A stretch of 63,214 bases of DNA, filler included, from Octopus bimaculoides (lineage: Eukaryota), in the NCBI RefSeq assembly GCF_001194135.2. It is 8 parts of 7 records of this genome, joined end to end, with 100 filler letters (N's around TTAATTAATTAA, not from the genome) between each part and the next. Parts side by side here need not be neighbours in the genome. Positions count along the whole stretch, not along the records: positions 1 to 10,467 come from NC_068998.1; 7 more parts are not named here. One strand, given 5' to 3'. A program made the translations under genes and the position numbers. This document shows positions 1-10,567 of the stretch, piece after piece (the stretch's first letter is position 1; each line of letters opens with the position of its first letter). The notes beneath the pieces are model-generated. The model was not told the origin of the DNA, did no database searches, and worked only from the letters and a program-made list of their open reading frames with translations.

Positions 1-20
1 TATATATATATATATATATA

Positions 21-186
21 TACGACAGGCTTCTTTCAGTTTCCGTCTACCAAATCCACTCACAAGGCTTTGGTCGGCCCGAGGCTATAGTGGAAGACAC
101 TTGCCCAAGGTGCCACACAGTGGGACTGAACCCGGAATCATATGGTTCATAAGCAAGCTACTTACCACACAGCCACCCCTACGCCA
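21..186 (-). mobile_element. tRNA-derived SINE family A, 5' part
   Basis: ggctgtgtggtaagtagcttgctt...ccttgggcaagtgtcttc...gaagcctgtcg; more than 10 copies in the window. Confidence 0.85.
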
Positions 187-273
187 ATGCTTATTTTTTA
201 CTCAACCTGATACATACAGTCACACCACTCAACTCTAATGATAAACTAGAAAAATATTTATATTTTCAATTCC

Positions 274-279
274 TTTATT
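274..279 (-). promoter_or_regulatory. Polyadenylation signal of the peptide gene
   Basis: AATAAA 44 nt after the stop codon. Confidence 0.6.
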
Positions 280-322
280 CATCTCAAAGAATTACATTTT
301 CCCTAAAAGTGGAAGACCTTTC

Positions 323-344
323 TTAACCAGTTTGTTCCAGGACA
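323..344 (-). CDS. Secreted Cys-rich prepropeptide, last coding exon: (I)VLEQTG*
   Basis: Strong acceptor ttttctttcttttctttttttctag|; phase 2 fits the previous exon (AT|T = Ile); TAA stop at 325..323; AATAAA at 279..274. Confidence 0.8.
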
Positions 345-409
345 CTAGAAAAAAAGAAAAGAAAGAAAATCATTGTAGAGAAAGAATTTAATTATTAATT
401 AAAAATTTA

Positions 410-590
410 AGGCAATGAGCTGACAGGATGATTAGCACACCAGGTAAAATGCTAAGCCATATTTCCATCTATCTTTGCTTTTTAGGACAATAAAATAAGA
501 AGCAGTCGAGGACTAGGGGTTGATGCAATCAACTAGCCCCTTCTTCTCAAATTTCAGGCCTTGTGCCTATAGCAGAAATGATTATTAATT
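410..590 (+). mobile_element. tRNA-derived SINE family B, decayed
   Basis: aaggc..gagctgacagga..ttagcacaccagg head and cttgtgcctatagcagaaa tail. Confidence 0.65.
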
Positions 591-664
591 AAAAATGTAA
601 GCAGTTTCATAACTTCATAATTAGAAAATATTGAAGTTGAGATGAAGTTCATAGCTTTCATCAG

Positions 665-860
665 GTTTGATTTGCATGCCTACTCTCATCTATGGTCAAG
701 AATGTTGAGTAACAAGAGAAGTAGTAAGACTGCAAGTACAAGCGGTCAAAATGGGGTTCCTCAGAAGGATATCTGGAATATTGTCATTCTACATGGTGCA
801 TGATTTGAAGATTAAGTAGCCTCTCCAAATCAAGTCACTTCTTCTCCAGACTGAACGGTC
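665..860 (+). mobile_element. RTE-clade LINE ORF2 fragment, decayed
   Basis: Translates PTLIYGQEC*VT...KMGFLRRISG...LLLQTER with stops; resembles the RTE post-RT region. Confidence 0.7.
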
Positions 861-892
861 AGTTTCAGCCACCATGAACATGTGATTAGTTG

Positions 893-1260
893 TGGTTGGC
901 ACTCCATCGCTTACGACGTCGAGGGTTCCAGTTGATCCGATCAACGGAACAGCCTGCTCGGGAAATTAATGTACAAGTGGCTGAGCACTCCACAGACACG
1001 TGTACCCTTAACGTAGTTCTTGGGGATACTCAGCGTGACACAGTGTGACAAGGCTGACCCTTTGAATTACAGACACAACAGAAACAGGAAGTAGAAGTGA
1101 GAGAAAGTTGTGGTGGAAGAGTATAGCAGGGTTCGCCACCATCCCCTGCCGGAGCCTCGTGGAGCTTTAGGTGTTTTCGCTCAATAAACACTCACAACGC
1201 CCGGTCTGGGAATCGAAACCGCGAGTCCGCTGCCCTAACCACTGGGCCATTGCGCCTCCA
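893..1260 (-). mobile_element. tRNA-derived SINE family C, near full length
   Basis: Head ggaggcgcaatggcccagtggttagggcagcgg with pol III A/B boxes; further copies at 6671, 15630 and 50117. Confidence 0.88.
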
Positions 1261-1305
1261 CTTTCAGTCAAGTAAGGAAGAAAGAAACACATAACATCAA
1301 CTTAC

Positions 1306-1420
1306 ATTTTGCATGCTGCTGAGCACATAAATTGCCAGAAATCACCAACATATTTTTCACAAGCTGCCACACAACCACCAGATAAATCTAGTTGCTGTAG
1401 ATGTTTAATAATGTCATCAA
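1306..1420 (-). CDS. Secreted Cys-rich prepropeptide, middle exon: (I)DDIIKHLQQLDLSGGCVAACEKYVGDFWQFMCSAACK(I)
   Basis: Acceptor tttttaatctctttcag|, donor |gtaagt; 115 nt open in phase 1 to phase 2, matching both flanking exons. Confidence 0.88.
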
Positions 1421-1499
1421 CTGAAAGAGATTAAAAACATCAACAATGATAAAAAAATAATAACAACAACAGTTTCTTTGTGGTTACGTATATGTAAAC

Positions 1500-1730
1500 T
1501 TTAAAGACAGGTGAAAATGAATAAAAGATGTAAGGTGGTAAAGTGGGAGAATCATTAGCACTTTGGTCAAAAGGCTTAGACTATTTCTTCTGGTTTTATG
1601 TTCTGAGGAGGTCAACTTTACCATTCAACCTTTCGAGGTTGATAAGATAAGGATCGGTTAAAACTGGGGTTGTTTTACTCAGTTTCTTCTCCTCCTCCTC
1701 CTCCCCCATAGGAATTTCCAGTTGTCCTCT
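1500..1730 (+). mobile_element. SINE family B, decayed
   Basis: gaggtcaactttaccattcaacctttcgaggttgataa core. Confidence 0.55.
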
Positions 1731-1929
1731 ATGTTACAAGTCTGTGGCCCCTCTGCTTTCTCATCAAATTCCTTAATTAGGGTGTCCCTAAATCACTGAC
1801 CATACTAAGAGAATAATTTCACTTGACAATAGTGAGAACAAAACACAGTCACTGGAAAAATACATGAATTGTAAAAATATATACAAAAATTAAACTAGGC
1901 AAGAGTCTGACCTCTTCCAAAGGAAAAGA

Positions 1930-2150
1930 GAAAAATATCACTTTATGTATTCACTTTAACAATTCCTCATATAACTGTCCATTGAGTACATGTGGACTAG
2001 TTCAATAGCATTAAACATGGACAGTTCATGTTGGTGAGGGAGAACAAACAACATGTCCATGATATTGGTGAGATAATCCAAGCTAGGCTGATTATAGCAG
2101 TGATTGGTCCACATTGTTAGTGGAGCATTCATGCTTACACTGTAATGGGA
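1930..2150 (-). mobile_element. Tc1/IS630-like transposase remnant
   Basis: Frameshifted HGHVV / LPHQH..FNAIELV resembles the GH.V..LPPYH..LNPIELVW motif. Confidence 0.35.
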
Positions 2151-2372
2151 GAAAGGAAAATGGTGAGATCAGGCTCAAACTTCGATCACGTGACCACAAT
2201 AGTACCAACTATAACCATGTATGCGCAGAAGGCAGTGTGACAATAATAAAGATATGTTATGGTGAAAGTGCGGATAATTTTTGACTTTCCCTCATGTGTG
2301 TGTGTGTGTGTGTTTTTGTCTCAAAATAAAGTGGTCCTTCTGAAGAAAATACATATAACTTGGAAAACTTAC

Positions 2373-2463
2373 TTGAGAATCTCTTATCTATTACATCATC
2401 AGAATACACACTGGCACTCAGTACCAAAGGCACAAGAGCCAAGAAGAAAAGTACGATTTTCAT
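2373..2463 (-). CDS. Secreted Cys-rich prepropeptide, first coding exon: MKIVLFFLALVPLVLSASVYSDDVIDKRFS
   Basis: ATG at 2463, 12 nt inside an exon with acceptor tcttcttattttaccag| (exon start 2475); classic signal peptide; dibasic KR; donor |gtaagt, phase 1. Confidence 0.88.
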
Positions 2464-2789
2464 GGTATTCAGTTTCTGGTAAAATAAGAAGACATACAGA
2501 ATCTATGAGACAGGATTACATACATATATATATACACACGTATACATACATATATATATAGACTGGTAATAAGTATCTTTATCTAATCACTCTTCTGCTC
2601 TTTAATTAGAATGTGCTCCTCTTTCAGGTTTATGATTTACTGACAATATATCTATACATATGTGTATATATGGGAGAATATACAAATAATAACAACAGAC
2701 GAGGACAACAGATGTGTATATACCTATACATATATTTATATATATGCATATATACATATACATACATATTGCATGCATGCATGCATAAT

Positions 2790-3350
2790 ACACACACATA
2801 CATGCCCTGATGCAGTACCAGGCAGTGGCCCTCATGGCTTTTGATCTTAACTGATTGTTAAGTGTTATCATGAACATTGTTTTGTCTTGGTATAAAAGAT
2901 GGGCTATAGTAAATATTCTGCTCAATACCACAGATTTGCTTGTCTGTTGCTTGATCTTAACCAGTTGAGCATGTCCCTTAGTGGCTGACAACATGTGCAT
3001 CTCTGATCACAAGCAAAATTAGTTGGGGAGCATCATAGCCATGTGTTGAAAGGAATTCTTTGGGTTTTGGATAATTCACCTCTGGAAACATGGGTGTTTC
3101 ATTCAACATCCTTAAACAACCCATATTCAAGGACCTTTTGAGCAAGGTGGGCAACTCGACCTGAAGAAAATTCTAACAGGGCCTCACCTCCAAGGTCATG
3201 CATTGTTTTTCTTGATATGAGATCACCATGTCATGCACATATGGTTGTGACGCATGTGCCTAGTGTACCCTTATCAGATGGGTAGTCATGATGGGTATAC
3301 TGGGCTTCGTATATTTTACCCCAGTGTCACTTTGATGACATACACAGCAA
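2790..3350. repeat. Probable interspersed repeat of unknown class
   Basis: About 560-bp non-coding block bounded by (AT/AC) microsatellites; recognised from memory of octopus repeats, single copy in this window. Confidence 0.4.
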
Positions 3351-3599
3351 AGTAATATACATGCATGTGTATATATATATGATGGATTTCTACAGTTTCC
3401 ATCTACCACATTCTCTCACAGGGCATTAAATCAGCTTGGGGTAATAGCAGAAGACAGAGGTGGAAGGTGCCATGCAGCAGGACTGAACCTGAAACTGCAT
3501 AGCTGCAATGCCATCTTCTTAACCACATAACCATATTAGCACCTAGACCCATGCCTGAAAAAATATTCAAAGAATTGATAGAAAGAAAACAATTCTTAC

Positions 3600-3625
3600 C
3601 TGGAGTTCTGCAGCTTATATGGGAT
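3600..3625 (-). other. Candidate 26-nt 5'UTR exon of the peptide gene
   Basis: ttcttttttgacag|atcccatataagctgcagaactccag|gtaaga; no ATG; same strand, 1.1 kb upstream of the first coding exon. Confidence 0.4.
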
Positions 3626-4177
3626 CTGTCAAAAAAGAACTTGATTCAGACATATATATATACAATTCGTATCGGTCACCTTATGTTTAATTCTCATTAA
3701 AGTGGGTTTTCATGTTATCATATCTATTCAGGAAACCAAGTCACATGATAATGTTATGAAATCATATCAGAGTTAACTTTAGTGATTAATAAAGCCTACA
3801 ACTTTATTTACGTACATGTATGTATGTGTGTATGTACATACATATGTATATATCTATGTATGTGCATGTCAGGTCACTCTTGATTGCTACTGGTAATATA
3901 TAATCCATTAAAACATGCTGCATGGTCGGTTCATTGGTGACTAAACTGGCAACCCCACCAGGCTTGCTTGGTGAAGAAGGTGATTGTTGGACACCCTGCA
4001 AGACAAAAAATAAGACCTGTCCAAGGGCGGAGGAACTCATGAGTAGTTAATGGCCATCAAACAAATATGTGTAAATATGTATATATCGCTTTTTCATATA
4101 TTCCTATGTATGTAAATATGTACATATCGTTTTTTTCATATATTCCTATATGTATATATATATATATGTATATATCA

Positions 4178-4719
4178 TCATCTTTTAGCATCCGCTTTCT
4201 ATGCTGGCATGGGTTGGACTGTTTGAATGAGGACTGGTGAGACAGAGGCTGCACCAGGCTCGATCTGATCTGGCAAAGTTTCTACAGCTGGATGCCCTTA
4301 ATAATGCCAACCACTCAGAGTGTAGTGGGTGCCTTTACATGCCACCAGCATGAAGACTAGTCAGGCAGTTCTGGCAACGACCACACTCAAAGGTATTTTT
4401 ACGTACTACCTGCATGGGAGCCAGTCTGGTGGCACTGGCAACGACCACGCTTGAATGTTGTTTTTCACGTGCCACCAGTACAGGAGCCAATCCGTGGTCT
4501 GAACTAAATTCGACGACTGGCACCCATGCCAATGTTGTCTCCTTCATTGGACACGAAACTCGGCTTGCGAAGACCTGTTGGGGCAAGCGAAAGCGAAATC
4601 GTGATGGCACCTGTGCCCAGCGTCGCCTTTCTGGCACTTGTACCGGTGGCACGTGTAAAGACTTTCAAGTGAGATCATTGCCAGTGCCGCTGGACTGGCT
4701 CTTGTGCAGGTGGCACATA
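4178..4719 (-). mobile_element. RTE-LINE 3' end / derived element with internal tandem units and (GAT)n tail
   Basis: gctggcatgggttgg...tctacagctggatgccct...gtgccaccag repeats; homologues at 16347, 17560, 38890 and 40590. Confidence 0.8.
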
Positions 4720-5124
4720 NNNNNNNNNNNNNNNNNNNNNNNNNNNNNNNNNNNNNNNNNNNNNNNNNNNNNNNNNNNNNNNNNNNNNNNNNNNNNNNNN
4801 NNNNNNNNNNNNNNNNNNNNNNNNNNNNNNNNNNNNNNNNNNNNNNNNNNNNNNNNNNNNNNNNNNNNNNNNNNNNNNNNNNNNNNNNNNNNNNNNNNNN
4901 NNNNNNNNNNNNNNNNNNNNNNNNNNNNNNNNNNNNNNNNNNNNNNNNNNNNNNNNNNNNNNNNNNNNNNNNNNNNNNNNNNNNNNNNNNNNNNNNNNNN
5001 NNNNNNNNNNNNNNNNNNNNNNNNNNNNNNNNNNNNNNNNNNNNNNNNNNNNNNNNNNNNNNNNNNNNNNNNNNNNNNNNNNNNNNNNNNNNNNNNNNNN
5101 NNNNNNNNNNNNNNNNNNNNNNNN

Positions 5125-5824
5125 CAAAGAATTTCACATTTTCCCACAATATTTCTAGCCCCAAATGGCTTATTTTTTTTCATACCTAGCACTATGTCTT
5201 TCTCCATTTCTAAGTTAAGGGTAGAAAATAAAGCAACCCTGAAAAACACACAACTGATCTTTAAACACAGACGCACAAAATAACAGCAATCAAATAACAG
5301 CAGAGTGCTCAACAAGCACCAACGATTTGACCTTTACCTGTACTCTTGACAAGAGATGCCAATTAGTTTTTTACACCTGCAAGGCTTGTTCGTATTAGCC
5401 CGAGTTGCTGGATAACTTTTCGTTCCTTCAAGAATATTATAGAACGGAAACTTTTCATGGATTGGAATTTAAATCCTTATCTCTATAGAAATTTATTGTT
5501 TCAAGAAAACATTGAATTACTTTTGATTTTTACGATTATAGATAACAACTAGGGCACAAACTTCTGAGAACGAGTCAGGTGTGTGTGAATGATGTCAAGA
5601 GAATGTCTGCTACGAAACGAATGATGTTTTTTGACACAGGGCGTCTCTAAGACGACTATCAGATGCTGAATGAAAATAAATAAAAGGAGCCTGAGTTATT
5701 GACTGTAATTACATACTTGAAGTCAGTGTTGGCAGAAATTAAATCAGCTTGCAAATACATGTTCACTTTCCTAAATTTATACTCAGGCTAAGCCCAAGCA
5801 GCCTGAGTGCTGGAGTCACCACTG
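5125..5824 (-). mobile_element. hAT-like non-autonomous DNA transposon end abutting (TA)n
   Basis: Terminus reads CAGTGGTGACTCC on the minus strand; other end lies in a gap. Confidence 0.4.
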
Positions 5825-5865
<41 letters not shown>

Positions 5866-6670
5866 AGAAATGAGGGCAGGGAATCGTCAATTAATAATAG
5901 AATTAATAATTAACAATTTTGCCAAGTAGTTCAGTATGAAAAAAACCTTTATCGGTAAAACCATTTATCATCATAAATATAAGGGATTAGCAATTGAGTT
6001 GCTTCNNNNNNNNNNNNNNNNNNNNNNNNNNNNNNNNNNNNNNNNNNNNNNNNNNNNNNNNNNNNNNNNNNNNNNNNNNNNNNNNNNNNNNNNNNNNNNN
6101 NNNNNNNNNNNNNNNNNNNNNNNNNNNNNNNNNNNNNNNNNNNNNNNNNNNNNNNNNNNNNNNNNNNNNNNNNNNNNNNNNNNNNNNNNNNNNNNNNNNN
6201 NNNNNNNNNNNNNNNNNNNNNNNNNNNNNNNNNNNNNNNNNNNNNNNNNNNNNNNNNNNNNNNNNNNNNNNNNNNNNNNNNNNNNNNNNNNNNNNNNNNN
6301 NNNNNNNNNNNNNNNNNNNNNNNNNNNNNNNNNNNNNNNNNNNNNNNNNNNNNNNNNNNNNNNNNNNNNNNNNNNNNNNNNNNNNNNNNNNNNNNNNNNN
6401 NNNNNNNNNNNNNNNNNNNNNNNNNNNNNNNNNNNNNNNNNNNNNNNNNNNNNNNNNNNNNNNNNNNNNNNNNNNNNNNNNNNNNNNNNNNNNNNNNNNN
6501 NNNNNNNNNNNNNNNNNNNNNNNNNNNNNNNNNNNNNNNNNNNNNNNNNNNNNNNNNNNNNNNNNNNNNNNNNNNNNNNNNNNNNNNNNNNNNNNNNNNN
6601 NNNNNNNNNNNNNNNNNNNNNNNNNNNNNNNNNNNNNNNNNNNNNNNNNNNNNNNNNNNNNNNNNNNNNA

Positions 6671-6853
6671 AGAGTGTGAGAAAGTTGTGGTGGAAGAGTA
6701 CAGCAGGGTTCGCCACCATCCCCTGCCGGAGCCACGTGGAGCTTTTAGGTGTTTTCGCTCAATAAACACTCACAATGCCCGGTTTGGGAATCGAAACCGC
6801 GATCCTATGACCGCGAGTCCGCTGCCCTAACCACTGGGCCATTGCGCCTCCAC
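6671..6853 (-). mobile_element. SINE family C, 5' half
   Basis: Near-identical to 1085..1260. Confidence 0.88.
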
Positions 6854-7245
6854 AGAGGTGAGTGTAACTTAGTAAGAAATTAACATGGTGCAGTAGAGGA
6901 TTAGCAATTTTACAACAGATATCTTTCTGAGATCTGCATTCTTCTGTCCATGACACCAACACACATTTTGTGCACGTGTACAACTTATTATTTGTATAAT
7001 TCTTTCCTGTATCTCACTTTCTTTCTGACTCTCTCACACACATACAACCACTCAACAACTAAGTTGAACTTATGACAGTCAATAACTAAATGAAACAATA
7101 TCTGTGTGTGTGTGTGTGTGCGCGTGCATGAATAAATAGATGTGTTTGTATGTTTATGTATGTATCTATATATATACATATATGTGTTTATATAGATAAA
7201 TTAGATAAGCATGTGCTTGTTTAATTTTGTATGTGCATATGTATG

Positions 7246-7286
<41 letters not shown>

Positions 7287-7296
7287 NNNNNNNNNN

Positions 7297-7330
<34 letters not shown>

Positions 7331-8712
7331 GTGTGTATTTGTGCGTGTATGTATGTACATACACATACACACACATTCAAGTCAAATGAGAAAAATATCT
7401 GTGTAGTTACTGACACCTGCTAGAAATAACAATGCACCCTCCCTCAATGTCACACACATTGGCTGAGGAGAAAAATAAAGACTATGTTTGTAGCTTGAAT
7501 ACTTAACAGCAGCATGTATATGAATAAATTTATAACATCAGGCATGCACATACAGATATATAGAAATATATACAAATCTATGAAAGTAGCATAGCCACAA
7601 ACACACATATATATTTACAATTATGTTAAACTCTGGGTTTTCTTCTTTTCCTTTTTAACTTTTCTCTTTCTCTCCCTAACTTTCATATTCATTTCCATTT
7701 TTCTGTTTACATCTCAGTCTCTCTTACTGAATCTTTTCCTTTCTTTCTCTCATTTTCTTTCATATCACTTTGTTGCTCCCATTTCCCTGACCCTCACCCT
7801 CTTTCTCTCACACATATGCACACAGGTATCTGACAAACGATGTTTCAACTAAAATTATCCAGAAACAACTGAAGTGTTCCTTTTCCCTGTTCTCAGCAGA
7901 CAATAACTTCCCAAAGAGATATTGGAAGAATGTGAAATATGGTTGCAAAAGTGAGGAAATTTTAAGAGAAGAACAAGAGGAAGAAAAAGTGATAAACATT
8001 GAGAAATAAGAATGCAGAGAAAGAAGGAAAATTATGGAAATTAAAAAGCATAAAGATAATATAAAGGACAAAGAAATAAAGATTGCAAAAAAAAAAAAAA
8101 AGAGAGAAAGGTGGAATAAATAGAACACCATTCTGTGTTCATGCTTTATTTCACTTCAGCCCTCACATTTTCTCTGTATGCAGTCAGTGGCCATGTCTCA
8201 CTACCTTGCAGCATTGCATGGTACTGAGTTAGGGGCACTGGATGCAAAAGAAGAAAAAAAAGAAGGGCTTTCTAATAGATCCTTACACACATTTAAAAAA
8301 CCATTTAACCAAATCACTTTCAAATAGATTTGAACAGGATGAATGAAAGTATAATAATAAAACAACAAAAAGAACCATGCATGAGCAGATGCCAAAATTA
8401 CAGGCCTGTCTGCTTGTTTACTTTGAAATATCAAGATCAGCAGAAAGAATTATCAGGTAAACTGATAAAAGACTGCCAAGAAAAAAACAATCAGCTTGCT
8501 TTACTTTTCTGCCCCCTCAGTTTGCAATGCTATGGTAGTACTTCTCAGACATTTGTAGATATGATCTACTTGAATTTTATGAAGGTATTCATTAGAAGAA
8601 ATAGAGGAGTCCATGCGAGCTTACACAGTCACGATGTTAGTTGTACTGTGTGTTGGCAGCACAATAATAGGGCTTTTCAAACAAATGCAGATTTGGTCTG
8701 GTTTGCCAAGAT

Positions 8713-8965
8713 CAGTGGTTCCCAACAGGTGTCCATATGGCTCCTGAAAACAATTTTGCCTTAAATGTTGTATTGGTGTGTATTGCAAGAAACAGCTAGG
8801 TTTCTTTAACGTTTTACATAGTTCAACCTAAACAACTTGTGAAAAACAAAATAGTAGTTTTGAAAGAAGTTTCTATAAAAACGAGTTTCTAAACAATGAA
8901 TGGCTATGTGGGTCCACCAGAGTAAAATAGTAACCAACGGGGTCTATAGATTAAAAAGAGATCAA
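8713..8965 (+). mobile_element. hAT (Charlie-like) MITE remnant
   Basis: Starts CAGTGGTTCCCAAC; matching right TIR not seen. Confidence 0.4.
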
Positions 8966-10567
8966 GTCGTATTTATGTGGTACTGGCTGAGAGAAACTTT
9001 CCTTTGTGAAAATGATATCAAATTTCTGTAAACATTCGTACTGTAAGTAGAACAGAAGAAGATGCATTTAAACTTTTCGTTGTTGTTATTTACTCTGAAA
9101 CAAAATTCAAAGATTTAGTTCAACATCGTATATTTTAGTTCAATAGTTTATTTTTCACACTGAAATGAAAATTGTAGAGGCTACGGCCGGAATAAACTTG
9201 TAGTAACGCTGTGCGCATGCGTAGTCTCACGCATGCATGGAATTCAACAACCAAGCTTTCCCGCTTTGATCTGTCTCTTTCTTGCTGGCCAGCGATTGAG
9301 CAAGGACGTGTTTAGCTGTCTCTCTCCATCTTTCGAACTTACGCTAGACAGCTCGCCCACATCTACATACCAACATCCATGCTCACACAGAAGACGTCTC
9401 AACAAACAAGAGCTAAAGATATATATATTCCACCTTAAATAAATGTTGTTATGTTGATAGTCTGGAGTTCAGCGTTCCGTTAATTCTTAATTTTATATAG
9501 GAAAGTCAGGTATACATCTAATGATGTATCACCCACTTTCCTATAAACTGAAGCATAGTTGTGCACTGAATATGTCAATTTCGAGGAAAGATTGATGCTA
9601 ATTTAGTTTTTATCCCCACGAAATCTCATATTCAAAATTGAATAACACAGTTAAACCATAATTAGCCTAAATGAATTGAACGACACAACACCCTCTCATT
9701 CTTTATTTAGAACTTAGTATTAAGTTCTTTGCCATTTAGACATTTATATATGAACTTTCTAATGAATTTCGGTTTGTATTTTCCATGTTTTGAAATATCT
9801 TACTTTTTTGAGACACACCTAATTACATCTTGCAGTGCACGGTTTGGGAGTCACTGGGTTAATCAGACCCTTGTGAGTGAATTTGGTAGAGGAAAAATGT
9901 GTGAGTCCATTATATATGTATGTTTTTGTGTGCCCTAGCAATTACTTGACAAACCGTGCCATGTAGTGTGACTGAGCCAGAAGCCACTTGACTGCAAAGT
10001 AAGCTTCTTACCTACACAGCCATACCTGTGTCCATTTCATGTACCTTTACACCTAAAATGAACAAAAGAAAAATATAGGACCTGGTGTGATTTTTTGAGA
10101 CATTTTGTACACGTTTTGGATCTATTTTAAAACGGGGGCGCCAGTTTTCATTTATGTTTTATGTAGTGTTTTTGGTACGGAAAGACTTTCAAACTTCGTA
10201 TACTTATCTATTTTGTGTTATAGAACAGAAAAATATTTTTGTATTCGAATTTATTTCATGTAAAAAATTGTCTTATTTCGATAATTTCTACTAATCACTG
10301 ACGTCTATTCAGTTGAAAACAGTTAGCGCTGTAACGGTGTATATCATTAATCCCCTAACCCTAGAATCCGAACTCTAAAATTGTTACACACATAGATACG
10401 CACAGCGTAATTTATTATATAAACAATATATGCGTATAAATTACGATTAAACCAGATGAAATATGTCNNNNNNNNNNNNNNNNNNNNNNNNNNNNNNNNN
10501 NNNNNNNNNNNTTAATTAATTAANNNNNNNNNNNNNNNNNNNNNNNNNNNNNNNNNNNNNNNNNNNN

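Noticed and set aside
1190-1260. tRNA genes
   Set aside because: The tRNA-like sequences are SINE heads continuous with SINE bodies; no complete cloverleaf was seen.
1306-1420. Small Tim (twin CX3C) or saposin identity for the peptide
   Set aside because: Small Tims have no signal peptide or KR pro-region; saposins need six Cys. Only four Cys are present.
2006-2149. Strong-looking acceptor at about 2149 as exon 2 of the peptide gene
   Set aside because: Phase 1 gives an immediate stop (A|TG TAA); the region looks like a Tc1 remnant, and the 1420 exon fits.
4414-6830. Long ORFs spanning N gaps (also near 12.2, 19.7, 45.5, 47.9 and 50.7 kb)
   Set aside because: Their length comes from X codons; no coding signal.
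8205-8240. Mini-exon SAPNSVPCNAAR as the next SLC22 exon
   Set aside because: It would turn the conserved PTTLR Arg into Ser and lacks the G.G..S..GR.G..AP pattern.
10512-10523. TTAATTAATTAA embedded in N runs (also at about 17932, 37439, 47138, 50413, 57382 and 61327)
   Set aside because: Identical 12-mer centred in roughly 100-bp N blocks: an assembly placeholder with stops in all six frames, not biology.
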